A stretch of 64,000 nucleotides of DNA from an uncultured Acidobacteriota bacterium (GTDB lineage: Bacteria; Acidobacteriota; Thermoanaerobaculia; Gp7-AA8), in the NCBI GenBank assembly GCA_963822445.1, contig CAWGHO010000003.1:1440001-1504000 (forward strand), in the 5' to 3' direction. Positions 1-9,953 of this stretch are shown piece after piece. The notes under the pieces are model-generated. The model was not told the origin of the DNA. It saw only the letters and a list, made by a program, of their open reading frames with translations, and made no database searches. The position numbers were made by a program, and so were the translations under genes. Positions within the stretch are counted from its first letter, which is position 1. Each line of letters opens with the position of its first letter.

Positions 1-17
1 TCCCGCGACCGATCGCC

Positions 18-386
18 GTGACGATCCAGAATCGCTGTATGGACAGACAGATCGTCGTGGCCATCTGCTATCTCAACACTTCCAATCAATGGGTCAGCCA
101 AGGTTGGTGGACGTTACCCCCCGGGCAGGCGGTGCCCAATGTCGTCGCTGCGAATGGGTCGATGGTGTACTTCTATGCCATCTCCTGGAGCGACGGCGGC
201 ATCTGGCAAGGGCGGGACACCGATTCCGTCAAGCCGAGGATGGCGCCGATCAGTCTCGATCCCCTGAATCCGTTCGAGCTCCCCGCCGATGAACCCGAGG
301 ACGAGGGAGGGAGGCTCGTCTCGTTCGCCGGGGCTGAGATGGACACCAGCAAGCTGTCGTACCTGCAGACGTTCCTCTGCCCTTGA
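18..386 (+). CDS. DUF1036-like domain protein (probably 5'-truncated by the window edge)
   Basis: N-x-C...VAICY...WVSQGWWTLPPG...YFYA...W-x-G pattern is typical of DUF1036; the frame is open back to position 3. Confidence 0.6.
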   Translation: MTIQNRCMDRQIVVAICYLNTSNQWVSQGWWTLPPGQAVPNVVAANGSMVYFYAISWSDGGIWQGRDTDSVKPRMAPISLDPLNPFELPADEPEDEGGRLVSFAGAEMDTSKLSYLQTFLCP

Positions 387-422
387 CGGCAGTCGTCACC
401 GGTAAATCGGTGACAGCCGTCA
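384..422 (+). terminator. Stem-loop overlapping the stop codon (possible terminator, no U-tract)
   Basis: TGACGGC(384-390)/GCCGTCA(416-422) enclosing GTCACCG(395-401)/CGGTGAC(408-414). Confidence 0.4.
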
Positions 423-664
423 TGGTTCGCGAACAGGCGGCGGAGGCAGCAGGAGGGCTTGACAGTCGCCCGTTCTAACGCGGCACGGTGTGCATTCGGC
501 GCGGGGCCATTCGTGATGCGTGGGGGCTTCTCTCAATTACGTTCCGCAGAACGACTTTCTTGTGCCCCGTTTTAGGCGTAGCAGAGCGCCGGAGGCGAGG
601 GCGAAGACGATCAACGCGAAGCGGCCGGCGCGGGACTGAGGCTCGCGCTCGCGGCGCGGATCTC

Positions 665-2782
665 TCACGTGCTGGTGGCGATGCCGCTCGATCGCGGCCA
701 CCAGATCGCCAGGGCATAGAAGACCGCGGCCACCAGAATGAGGCTCGGAATTCCGAACGCGAACGAAACACTCTCCGCCATCCCGCCGACCACTGCACCG
801 AGAATGTTCCAACCCAAAGCGAAGCCTGGGGAGGAACTGCTCGCGAACGCGCCGGCGAAGAGCACGCCTGCAAAAAAAATCGGCACGGTGAGGAGAAGCG
901 TTGCCGCGAAGCCCCCGAACGGCGACGGGAGCTCGAGGAATCGCTCCACAGGCAACAGATAGGCCGCCGCGAGGCTCGCGAAAAGTCCCCCGATCACCCA
1001 CCGTGGCGCGGATGCGGAAACTCGGGCCATGCGCGTGCTCACCCAATTGGCGAGCAGAATCACGCCGAGGATCACGCCGATCACCCAGGCGTTGACCTGC
1101 CAGGTCGTGCCGAAGCAGAGCGCCAGACGCGAGACGTTGTGGACCTCGAGCAACAGAAACGCCGCACCGAGCCAGAAGAAGCGGCCTCGGAATGTTTCAC
1201 CAGCCGGACGCGCGCGCCAGATGAACAGGGAGCAGAGCACGATGATGACCGACGAAAGAAGCAGAACGAGAATCGGCACGTGCGGCGTGGACAGGGTCAG
1301 GAACGGCCAGGCGTCGGTGGACGGAACGACCCGGCCGGTGCCTGAGTACGGGGCCAGAGATCCGATCTGGCCGGTAGCCTGACGGACGCGGGGCATCCAT
1401 CGCTCTTCCGCCGTGAAGAAGTGAGCCTGGATCACCGGCCCGCCCGGTCGCTGCTCCGAGGAGAGCAATCCGACCGGCTTGTGACCGAACGCTTCCTCCA
1501 GATTCCGGCCGAGGCGTTCGGCCACATACGGCTGCTCTGCGAAAAACGACAGGAACAGCCATCCCTCAGGCTTCAGGCGCTTCCGCGCGTCGCCGAGACT
1601 CTCCACCGTGTAGATGTAGTCGTCGAGGCGGACGTTCGTGTACGAGGAGAGGGTCGTATGCGAATCGAGATGACTGAAGACGATCAGATCGAACGATCGG
1701 CTCGTGGTTCTGATGAAGTGGCGGGCGTCGTCGATGACCACCCGCACTCGCGGATCGTCGTAAGGTCTCTGCGGATGTAAACGCCTTCCGATGTCGACGA
1801 CGACGGGATCGATGTCGACGGCGGTCACCGACCTCGCGCCGGCTCCGAGCGCGGCGGCGACGTCGTTTCCCGTTCCCGACCCGACGATCAGGACGTCGCC
1901 GGGCGGCCGTTTCCCGATGTAAGGCAGGACGATCCGGGTGATCGGAAACTCCTTCGCGCCCTCGATCCGCGGCTGCGCGCGCATGGCCTGGTAACCGATG
2001 TTGTTGACGATCACCGCCCGCCCGTCGACCACGGCCAGCTTCTGGTAGGGACTCCAGAGCGTGCGCTCTCGCGGCGTATCGTTCGGGAGCAGCGTGAGCG
2101 TCAGGGCAACCACTACGAAGATGCTTTCTCTGCGAGACGCGCGGTCCTCATCGAGAAAGAGGAACATCAGCGCCGCAGCGCCGAACCAGCAGACGGGGGG
2201 CAGCTCCACCGCTGCCATGAGCGTGTAGGCGAGAATGCCCACGAGGCTCCCGGCGACGTTGATCGAGTAGGCCCGGATGGGACGGTCGGGCATCGCCGCC
2301 ATGGCCGACGCCGTGATCTGGCCGATCGGCACCATGATCGCGGCCAGGATCACGAAGAGAACCAGAGTCCAGCCGACGGCGAATACGAGCCCAGCCGCAC
2401 CCGACCAGGTGAGGACCGGATCGATGGCGTGAAAGACCATCAGACCCGGCATGCCCGCGAGAATCCGGCTGATCCTTCGCGGGCCGAAATCGAGAAGGGG
2501 CTGCCACGGAAGCTGAATCAGCAGAAACAGCAAAAGCATGAGGAGCTGCGCGCGCAGCAGGTGCACCCGCCGCCGGAAGAGCAGACAGCCACTTCCGAAT
2601 CCGAGGAAGCAGGCCACGAGGACCAGGTTCTTGAAGTAGGCAAAGATCCTGACTTCGGAGGATACCCAGCGGATCAGGGCCAGCTCGACAAACAAGCCGA
2701 GCACACTCGCCAGAAAGATGATTCTCCCGCGCGACGCGGTGGGCTCAGCGCGCGACGCGATGGGCTCGAGGGAAGACATCAC
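665..2782 (-). CDS. Integral membrane protein with central spermidine-synthase-like / class I SAM-dependent methyltransferase domain
   Basis: N- and C-terminal multi-TM blocks flank WSPYQK, LIVGSGTGND, VDIDP, DDARHF and FDLIVF motifs. Confidence 0.8.
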   Translation of the reverse strand: MMSSLEPIASRAEPTASRGRIIFLASVLGLFVELALIRWVSSEVRIFAYFKNLVLVACFLGFGSGCLLFRRRVHLLRAQLLMLLLFLLIQLPWQPLLDFGPRRISRILAGMPGLMVFHAIDPVLTWSGAAGLVFAVGWTLVLFVILAAIMVPIGQITASAMAAMPDRPIRAYSINVAGSLVGILAYTLMAAVELPPVCWFGAAALMFLFLDEDRASRRESIFVVVALTLTLLPNDTPRERTLWSPYQKLAVVDGRAVIVNNIGYQAMRAQPRIEGAKEFPITRIVLPYIGKRPPGDVLIVGSGTGNDVAAALGAGARSVTAVDIDPVVVDIGRRLHPQRPYDDPRVRVVIDDARHFIRTTSRSFDLIVFSHLDSHTTLSSYTNVRLDDYIYTVESLGDARKRLKPEGWLFLSFFAEQPYVAERLGRNLEEAFGHKPVGLLSSEQRPGGPVIQAHFFTAEERWMPRVRQATGQIGSLAPYSGTGRVVPSTDAWPFLTLSTPHVPILVLLLSSVIIVLCSLFIWRARPAGETFRGRFFWLGAAFLLLEVHNVSRLALCFGTTWQVNAWVIGVILGVILLANWVSTRMARVSASAPRWVIGGLFASLAAAYLLPVERFLELPSPFGGFAATLLLTVPIFFAGVLFAGAFASSSSPGFALGWNILGAVVGGMAESVSFAFGIPSLILVAAVFYALAIWWPRSSGIATST

Positions 2783-2824
2783 CGATGTGCGGTCGATCGC
2801 GAAAAGGTGCAGCGCCTCGCGGCG

Positions 2825-3109
2825 CTACACCTCTTCGAGTACCTGAATGTCCGGCGGAGCGGCGAGCATGGGCGTGATCGTGCGCAGAAGGGTCTGCACG
2901 TGCGGCGTGGCCATGTGCTGATCGACATGGCCACGCGTCGCCCAGCGCTCGACGGTCATGAAAACGCCTTCGTCACCGCGCAGGACCAGATACGAGGAGC
3001 ATCCGTCCTCCGACCGCGAGGTCTCGGCGTTGGCGCGGAGCGCCTGCGCCATTTCCTCTTCGCGGCCCGGTTGCGCTTTCGCGCGGGCGATGACGACGAC
3101 TTCGCTCAT
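2825..3109 (-). CDS. Putative quinol monooxygenase (ABM family)
   Basis: 94 aa from ATG 3109: VIARAKAQPGREEE...SRSEDGCSSY...VERW...HMATPH. Confidence 0.85.
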   Translation of the reverse strand: MSEVVVIARAKAQPGREEEMAQALRANAETSRSEDGCSSYLVLRGDEGVFMTVERWATRGHVDQHMATPHVQTLLRTITPMLAAPPDIQVLEEV

Positions 3110-3122
3110 TTCGTTTCTCTGA

Positions 3123-5569
3123 TTACCAGCCGATGCCGAGGTAGGCGAGGGCGCGGCGGCTGAGCAGGTCTCCGCCGAAGGCCTCGTAGTGCTCGTTATC
3201 CAGTGCGTTGCTGACGTCCACACCGACCTTGAACATGTCGCTGATGTTGAAGTTTCCGGCCACGTTCACGACGCCGTACGTGGGAACCGTTCCAACGAAC
3301 ACACCTGCCGCCCAGTCGAACCCTTCGACCCAGCGGTAGGAAACCTTGCCGTCGAACCGCGAGCTGCGGAACGAGAGACCGGCGTTGAACTTCTGCTCCG
3401 GCGCGTTCGGGAGGAGACGGTCGCCGATGCGCTGCGTCCCTTCCTTCACCTCGAAGTCGAAGTGCGAGTAGTTCGCCTCGAGCACCCAGTTGTTGGTGAG
3501 GTAGTAGTTCACCGCGATCTCGGCGCCCTGCGTGTCGACCTCACCGGCGTTCGTGTACGAGAACACCAGGGCCGGCGAGCCGCCGACGGTGGTCAGGCCG
3601 GCCCGGTTCGCACCGAGCGCGGTGGTGAGGAACTGGTTGATGCCGCCGACGACCGCGCCGGGGATCGGTGTGCCGTTGGGCAATGTGGTCGGAACGACGT
3701 AGGCCGCGAACGCCTCGTTCGCGCCGGGGAGAAGGTCGGTCACGAAGTCGCTGAGGAAGCTCTTGTAGACGTCGACGGTGAGGAACACCTTGCCGCCGAA
3801 GATGCCGGCGTAGCCGATCTCGTGGCTCTTGACCTTTTCCACGACGAGATTGGCGTTGCCGCGCGCCAGAAGCGGCAGCGAGCCAAAGCCGAGCTGGTTC
3901 AGGAACGGCGCGAGGGCCGCGGCCGCGGGATTGGCGGCAGCCGCCGCGGCGAGTGGAACCGGCGCGCCGGCCGGAGCGGTGAGGAAGAGCTCCGAGTAGT
4001 TCGGGCGCTGGAAGGCTTCGTTGTAGCCGTAGCGGACGTTGTGGTTGGTGTTGATCGAGAAGACGATCGCGCCTTTCGGCGAGAACTGCGCCTCGTGCAG
4101 CGTCGAGTCGTCCCAGCGCGCGGCGCCGACGAGCTTGATCCGGTTGGACAGATCGAACTCGGCCTGGCCGAACACGGACTGCTGGGTCTCATCGTGCGGA
4201 ATCGGCCATCAGCGTGCCCAGGCCGGTGTTGGGGTTGGTGGTGTCGACTTCCTGTTCGTTCCAGGCGACGCCGCCGACGAGGCGGGTGCGGCCGCCCATG
4301 AAATCCCAGTTGGTCTGCAGCTCCGCGTGCATGTTGCTCGAGTCTTCGTAGAGAGGGGCGCCGGAGGCGAGGGCGACCTGGTTCTCGGCGACGCGCGCGT
4401 CGTAATACGCGCCGATGTTCCAGTGCGGCATGTTGTAGTTGACGCGGGCCCAGGGGCGCTCGACGTCGGTCACCTGCACGCGGCCGATACCGGTCTGGAA
4501 CACGGGACCTTCCAGCGTCGCGTATCCACCTTCGACGGTGAAGACGTTCGAGTTGGCGAAGTGCTTGTCGAAGCGGAGGCCGCCGAACTTCACGTTCACT
4601 TCCTCGAGCGCGAGCGGACGCGCTTCGCGGCGGAGGCAGTTGATCGCGCTGGTCGTGGCGCAGGGGACGGTGTACTCGACGGTCAGCATTGCGCGAGCGG
4701 GCGAAGTCGCCGCTCTGCGCGTAGCCGCCGACGAGGCGGTAATACCACTCGCCGCCGAGGCCGCCGGCGTGACGGAGATCGGCGCGCTTGGTGTCGAGAT
4801 CGCCGGCGCTGAGCAGCAGGCGTCCGCCCACGCTGTCGCGCGGCATCTTGGTGGTCATGTTCAGAACGCCGCTGAAGGCGTTCGCGCCGTAGAGCGCCGA
4901 TCCCGGACCGCGGATCAGCTCCACGCTCTGCATCTCATCGAGGGGGAAGGAGACCGCGCCCCATTCCTGTGCGCCGAGGAAGGCGATGGCGGGGTCGCGG
5001 CCGTCGATGAGGGTGAGGATGCGGCGGTTCAGCGAGCTGTTGAAGCCGCGGGCGTTGAAGTTCGTGTCGTAAAGACCGCTCTGGGTGAAGTCGACGCCGA
5101 CCGCGTTCTCGATGATGCGCGGGGCCTGGCCGGACGAGGCCACGGCCTCGATGTCTTCCTGGGCCATGACCGTGACGGCCGCCGGCGCTTCGACGACGCG
5201 CTCGGTGCGGCGCGAGGCGGAGTAGACGGTGATCGTCTCGGCGATGGACAGGCGCCAGTCGACCTGCTTGTCGACCCGCGTGGTCCCGCCGTCGGTGACG
5301 ACGACGTTGCTCTCGGTCGTGGCCTGGTCACCGGCCACGAGATTGAGCGTGTACGTTCCGGGCGGGACGTCGAAGCTGAACGAGCCGTCGGACTCGGTGG
5401 TGATCGCCCGCGAGAGCTCGACGATCTGCACGATGACGCCACCGATGCCGGTGCCGTCGGTGCGCGTGATGCGGCCGGCGATGCGGCCATTGGCGGCGAG
5501 CACAGGGACAGCCGCAAGGATCAGGATAATTAACAGGCACAGGACTCGGACGGAGCGCCGAAAGGCCAT
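3123..5569 (-). CDS. TonB-dependent receptor with N-terminal carboxypeptidase-regulatory-like domain (frameshifts near 4690 and 4200)
   Basis: Signal peptide, ETITVYSASR TonB-box region, plug motifs (RGFNS, LIDGR, VELIRGPGSALYGANAFSGVLN), beta-barrel C-terminus ending in W; coding is split over three ORFs. Confidence 0.85.
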
Positions 5570-5633
5570 GACAAACCCTCCCTAGAACGTATTCAGGACC
5601 AGTTGGTTACGATCGGAGGAAGGTAGCACAAAA

Positions 5634-5726
5634 GATTGATGATTGATGAGTGATGATTGATGATTGTCCGTCCGTTGGCCGCGTCCGATGAACCCTTCAT
5701 CAATCATCAATCATCAGTCATCAATC
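5634..5726. repeat. Inverted tandem heptamer element (GATTGAT)n ... (ATCAATC)n
   Basis: About 4.7 copies at 5634-5666 and 4 complementary copies at 5699-5726. Confidence 0.9.
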
Positions 5727-6062
5727 GGCGTCGAGTGGTTGGTCGAAGCGTCCGGTTGTCGGGAGGAAGCGCTGCGTGATGTGGCGCTGCTCGGGCGGCT
5801 GTTCGCGCGCGTCATCGACGAGGTCGGTCTCAATCCGCTGCACGATCCTTCGTGGCATGTGTTTCCGGGGCCGGGCGGCGTGACGGGATTCGTGATGCTG
5901 ACCGAGTCGCACCTGGCCTGCCACACCTATCCGGAGCATGGCCTGGCCACGATCAATCTCTATTGCTGCCGGCCGCGTGACGAATGGCCCTGGCGCGAAC
6001 GCCTGGCCGAGCTCCTCGGCGCAACGGACGTTCGCGTGCGGGCGGTGGAGAGAGGCTCGTGA
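5688..6062 (+). CDS. speD: S-adenosylmethionine decarboxylase proenzyme
   Basis: F-x-G-x-GGVTG..MLTESHLACHTYPE self-cleavage (E-S) motif; start uncertain (ATG 5688). Confidence 0.9.
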   Translation: MNPSSIINHQSSIGVEWLVEASGCREEALRDVALLGRLFARVIDEVGLNPLHDPSWHVFPGPGGVTGFVMLTESHLACHTYPEHGLATINLYCCRPRDEWPWRERLAELLGATDVRVRAVERGS

Positions 6063-7975
6063 GCGTCGCGAACTGCCCATCCTGCGGCGCGCCGGTCGAA
6101 TTCGCGATCGGCTCCTCCGTCGTCGTCATCTGCTCGTACTGCCGTTCCGTCGTGGCGCGCACCGATCGCGGTGTCGAGTCACACGGCACGGTCGCGGCGG
6201 TGATCGATACCGGCACACCGCTGCGGACCGGCTTGAGCGGCAAGTACCGCGGCAACGGCTTTCGCATCACCGGGCGATCGCAGCTCCGCCATCAGGCCGG
6301 CGGCGTGTGGAACGAGTGGTATGCCGCGTTCGACGACGGACGCTGGGGATGGGTGGCGGAGGCGCAGGGGCGGTACTACGTCACCTTCAAGGTCGGCGAC
6401 GAAGCCCCATCCCACGAATCGATCGACCTCGGCCGCGTCGTCGACGGCCTGACCGTCGCCGAGATCGGCCGCGCCGAACTGATCTCGGCGGAAGGCGAGC
6501 TGCCGTGGCGGCCCGAGCCTGGCTATGCGTACGCATACGCTGACCTCACCGGCACCGATCAGCGATTCGCCACCATTGATTACAGCGAAGACCCGCCGGT
6601 CGTTTTCAAAGGCCACGAAGTCGCTCTGCGCGATCTCGGGCTGGAAGCGCTCGAGTTCAGCACCGGTCGCGTCACGGCCACGGCGCTGCGATGCACGCAG
6701 TGCGGCGGACCGCTGGATCTCACCGCGCCGGATCAGGCCGAGCGGATCTGGTGTCCGAACTGCCGGGCGGGCCACGACGTGACCGCCGGGAAGCTGCAAT
6801 ACCTCTCGACGCTGAAGAAGAAAAAAGTCGCGCCGGTCATCCCGCTCGGATCAAAGGGGACCATCGACGGCGATGAATACGTCGTCGCCGGATTCATGGA
6901 GCGCGCGGTCCGTTTCGATCGCGACTATTTCTGGACCGAATACCTTCTGTACAACCGCGAGCGCGGCTATCGATGGCTGGTCAGCAGCGACAATCACTGG
7001 AGCTTCGTCACGCCCTTGCGCGCGGGGGAAGTCGGCGACTCGTACGGAGGTGGCGGCGTCGGGAAAGCAGTGCACTACGACGGCCGCCGCTATCGCCTCT
7101 TCCAGGACGCTACCGCGCGCGTCACGTACGTCCTCGGCGAGTTTTTCTGGAAGGTCGAGGTGGGGGAGACGGTCGACACGGCCGATTACATCGCCCCGCC
7201 GTTCGGCATCTCCAAGGAAGTGACGAAGACCGGCGCGCGAGAGGTGAACTACTCGCACGCGCGCTACATGACCACGAAGGAAGTGGAGGCGGTGTTTCCC
7301 GTCAACCTTCCCCGGCCGATCGGCATCGGACCGATGCAGCCCTTCCCCGGCCCGAGCCTGGGCAAGCCGTTCGCCCTTCTGTTGCTGTTGCTCTTCGTCA
7401 CGGCGATCGTCATGGGCGTGGCGCGCCCACGGAAGACGCTGCTCCAGCGCACCTTCGACATCGCCGCATTGCCCGCTACGTCGGAACCGGGGCGGCTGTT
7501 CTTCACCGATCCGATCGAAGTCTCGGGTAAGTCGAACGTCGTCATCGAGGGACGTGCGAACGTCGACAACGACTGGCTGTTCGTCGAAGGGGATTTCGTG
7601 AACACGGCGACGAACAAGCTCTCCGAGTTCTCGATGCCGATCGAGTACTACCACGGCGTCGACGGCGGGGAGCGCTGGAGCGAGGGGAAGAGGACGAGAC
7701 GCGTTTTTCTCTCGCGTCCGGAGAAGGGCTCGTACGTGGTGCGGCTCGCCGCGAACTGGCAGGATGGAAGAACGCCGCCGAAGTTCACCCTGCGCGTGCA
7801 CGAGGGCGGCTTCCGCTGGCCGCATTTCCTTCTCGCGTTCCTGCTGCTGACCGGACCGGCTTTCATGGCGCTCCTGCGGAAGGCGAGCTTCGAGTCGACG
7901 CGCTGGAAAGAGAGCGCGCACAGCCCGTTCGGCGAGATCTCGGGACTGGTGGAAGAGGATGACGATGAGGAGTGA
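6059..7975 (+). CDS. DUF4178-like protein with two Zn-ribbons, two DUF4178-like domains and C-terminal TM segments
   Basis: CPSCG..CSYC and CTQCG..CPNC; W-N-E-W-Y and WTEYLLY motifs; GTG start overlaps the speD stop (GTGA). Confidence 0.8.
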   Translation: MSVANCPSCGAPVEFAIGSSVVVICSYCRSVVARTDRGVESHGTVAAVIDTGTPLRTGLSGKYRGNGFRITGRSQLRHQAGGVWNEWYAAFDDGRWGWVAEAQGRYYVTFKVGDEAPSHESIDLGRVVDGLTVAEIGRAELISAEGELPWRPEPGYAYAYADLTGTDQRFATIDYSEDPPVVFKGHEVALRDLGLEALEFSTGRVTATALRCTQCGGPLDLTAPDQAERIWCPNCRAGHDVTAGKLQYLSTLKKKKVAPVIPLGSKGTIDGDEYVVAGFMERAVRFDRDYFWTEYLLYNRERGYRWLVSSDNHWSFVTPLRAGEVGDSYGGGGVGKAVHYDGRRYRLFQDATARVTYVLGEFFWKVEVGETVDTADYIAPPFGISKEVTKTGAREVNYSHARYMTTKEVEAVFPVNLPRPIGIGPMQPFPGPSLGKPFALLLLLLFVTAIVMGVARPRKTLLQRTFDIAALPATSEPGRLFFTDPIEVSGKSNVVIEGRANVDNDWLFVEGDFVNTATNKLSEFSMPIEYYHGVDGGERWSEGKRTRRVFLSRPEKGSYVVRLAANWQDGRTPPKFTLRVHEGGFRWPHFLLAFLLLTGPAFMALLRKASFESTRWKESAHSPFGEISGLVEEDDDEE

Positions 7976-7978
7976 CCG

Positions 7979-8155
7979 ATGCTGAAAGCGCTTTACGTGT
8001 TGTTCGGGCTGGTGGTGATCGCCGGCTACGGCTACGCCTCGTGGAACGGCCTGGAGCTTCGCAGAACGAAACAGCAACTGTCGCCTCAGGGCGTCCGCGC
8101 GACGCACGGCGGCGGCGGGGTCTACTACCGCGGCGGCTATCGAGGAGGGAAGTGA
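7979..8155 (+). CDS. 58-aa single-TM peptide with Gly/Arg/Tyr-rich tail ending GGK (absent from ORF track)
   Basis: Translated by hand: MLKALYVLFGLVVIAGYGYASWNGLELRRTKQQLSPQGVRATHGGGGVYYRGGYRGGK; GAGGAG upstream; stop overlaps the next ATG (TGATG). Confidence 0.8.
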   Translation: MLKALYVLFGLVVIAGYGYASWNGLELRRTKQQLSPQGVRATHGGGGVYYRGGYRGGK

Positions 8156-8364
8156 TGCAGATGCAGAACGTCTTTATCAACACGGTGGTCTACACGCTCT
8201 TCGGCGTGATCGTCTTCGCCCTCGCTTTCTGGGCCATGGTGAAGATCTCCCCGTTCCCGATCCGGAAGGAGCTCGAGGCCGACCACAACGTCGCCGTAGC
8301 GATCCTGATGGCGGCGGTGATCCTCGGGCTGGCGATCATCATTGCCGCGGCATTACACGGATGA
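8155..8364 (+). CDS. DUF350 domain small membrane protein
   Basis: Two TM helices with P..IRKEL...HNVAVAILMAAVILG..IIIAAA; GGAGG upstream. Confidence 0.85.
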   Translation: MQMQNVFINTVVYTLFGVIVFALAFWAMVKISPFPIRKELEADHNVAVAILMAAVILGLAIIIAAALHG

Positions 8365-8369
8365 TGAAT

Positions 8370-8454
8370 CAGCGGGCAGTGGGCAGCGGGCAGTGGGCAG
8401 TGAGTTGCTTCACGCCGGGTTCCACTGCCCACTGTCCACTGCCCGCTGCCCGCT
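8370..8454. repeat. Inverted tandem heptamer element (CAGYGGG)n ... (YCCRCTG)n
   Basis: 5 copies at 8370-8404 and about 5 complementary copies at 8421-8454. Confidence 0.9.
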
Positions 8455-8456
8455 AA

Positions 8457-9953
8457 ATGCGTACCCCCATCCTCTTCCTGAACGTCCTGATCATCGCGGC
8501 GTGCGGGCTCATTTACGAGCTGCTCGCGGGGACGGTGGCCAGTTACGTTCTGGGGGATTCGGTCACGCAGTTTTCGCTGATCATCGGGCTGTATCTCTCC
8601 GCGCTTGGCGTCGGGGCGTGGCTTTCGCGGTTCCTCGATCACGATCTGGCGGCGCGGTTCGTCGATGTGGAACTGGCGGTCGCGCTGATCGGCGGGCTTT
8701 CCGCGCCGATGCTCTTTCTCGGATTCTCGCGGCTCGAGTGGTTTCGGCTCTTTCTCTTTGCGGTCGTCTTTGCGATCGGGGTGCTGGTCGGGCTGGAACT
8801 GCCGATCCTCATGCGCATCCTCAAAGAGCATCTCGATTTCAAAGAGCTCGTGTCGCGCGTGTTGAGCTTCGATTACATCGGCTCGCTCTTCGCGGCAGTG
8901 CTCTTTCCGATGTTTCTCATGCCCCGGCTAGGACTGGTGCGCACGTCGATCGTGTTCGGCCTGCTCAACGCGGCGGTCGGTTTGTACGGCACGTGGCTCC
9001 TGCGCCCGTTGCTTCGCGGCGTGACCGTGCTTCGCATTCGCGCGGCGGTGGTCATCGTGGTGCTCGTCGTCGCGCTGGTGCGAGCCGATACGCTGACGAC
9101 GCTTGCCGAGGATGAGCTGTATGCGGATGACATCGTCTATTCGACCAGCTCACCGTATCAGCGCATCCTGGTTACGCGCGCGGCGACCGGCTTTCAGCTC
9201 TTTCTCAACGGCAATCTGCAATTCAGCTCGTCGGATGAGTACCGGTACCACGAAGCGCTCGTGCATCCGGCAATGTCTACCGCTGGTGTACCGCGGCACG
9301 TGCTGATCCTCGGCGGCGGAGACGGTCTCGCCCTGCGCGAAGTGCTGAAGTACGCGTCCGTCGAACGGGTCACGCTCGTCGATCTCGATCCGAAGATGAC
9401 CGCGTTGTCGGAAGCGTTTCCGCCGCTGGGCAGGCTCAATGCCCAGGCCCTACGCGACCGGCGGGTGAAGGTGGTGAACGAAGACGCGATGATCTGGCTG
9501 GAGCGCGTCCGCGATTCCTTCGACACGGTCATCGTCGACTTTCCTGACCCCAGCTCGTTCTCCCTCGGCAAGCTGTACACGACGCGCTTCTACCGCCTGC
9601 TGCGCTCGCGCATGACTCCCGATGCCGCGATGGCCGTGCAGTCGACTTCGCCGTTGTTCGCGCGCCGCTCGTACTGGTGCATCGTCCGGACGATGGAAGC
9701 GGCGGGGCTGCACGTGAGGCCCTACCAGACCACCGTGCCATCGTTCGGCGTCTGGGGATTCGCGCTGGCCATGCAGCGGCCGTTCGATGCGCCGAAGCAT
9801 GTAGGCGCGCCGGTGCGCTTTCTCGATGACGCGACGCTCTCGGCGATGTTCGTTTTTCCGCGCGACATGACCGCGGTCCCGGTCGAGATCAATCGCCTCG
9901 ACAACCAGATGCTGGTCCGCTACTACGAGGACGAGTGGCGGCCCTGGAGTTAA
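8457..9953 (+). CDS. speE: Membrane-fused polyamine aminopropyltransferase (spermidine synthase)
   Basis: Multi-TM N-terminus, then [41 protein letters not shown]. Confidence 0.92.
   Translation: MRTPILFLNVLIIAACGLIYELLAGTVASYVLGDSVTQFSLIIGLYLSALGVGAWLSRFLDHDLAARFVDVELAVALIGGLSAPMLFLGFSRLEWFRLFLFAVVFAIGVLVGLELPILMRILKEHLDFKELVSRVLSFDYIGSLFAAVLFPMFLMPRLGLVRTSIVFGLLNAAVGLYGTWLLRPLLRGVTVLRIRAAVVIVVLVVALVRADTLTTLAEDELYADDIVYSTSSPYQRILVTRAATGFQLFLNGNLQFSSSDEYRYHEALVHPAMSTAGVPRHVLILGGGDGLALREVLKYASVERVTLVDLDPKMTALSEAFPPLGRLNAQALRDRRVKVVNEDAMIWLERVRDSFDTVIVDFPDPSSFSLGKLYTTRFYRLLRSRMTPDAAMAVQSTSPLFARRSYWCIVRTMEAAGLHVRPYQTTVPSFGVWGFALAMQRPFDAPKHVGAPVRFLDDATLSAMFVFPRDMTAVPVEINRLDNQMLVRYYEDEWRPWS

Noticed and set aside
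423-664. Possible promoter or sRNA between convergent genes (TTGACA at 459-464)
   Set aside because: No properly spaced -10 and no recognisable RNA motif or credible ORF
7972-8154. ORF-track 130-aa version of DUF350
   Set aside because: The Arg-rich extension is off-frame to the real 58-aa peptide; DUF350 starts at 8155
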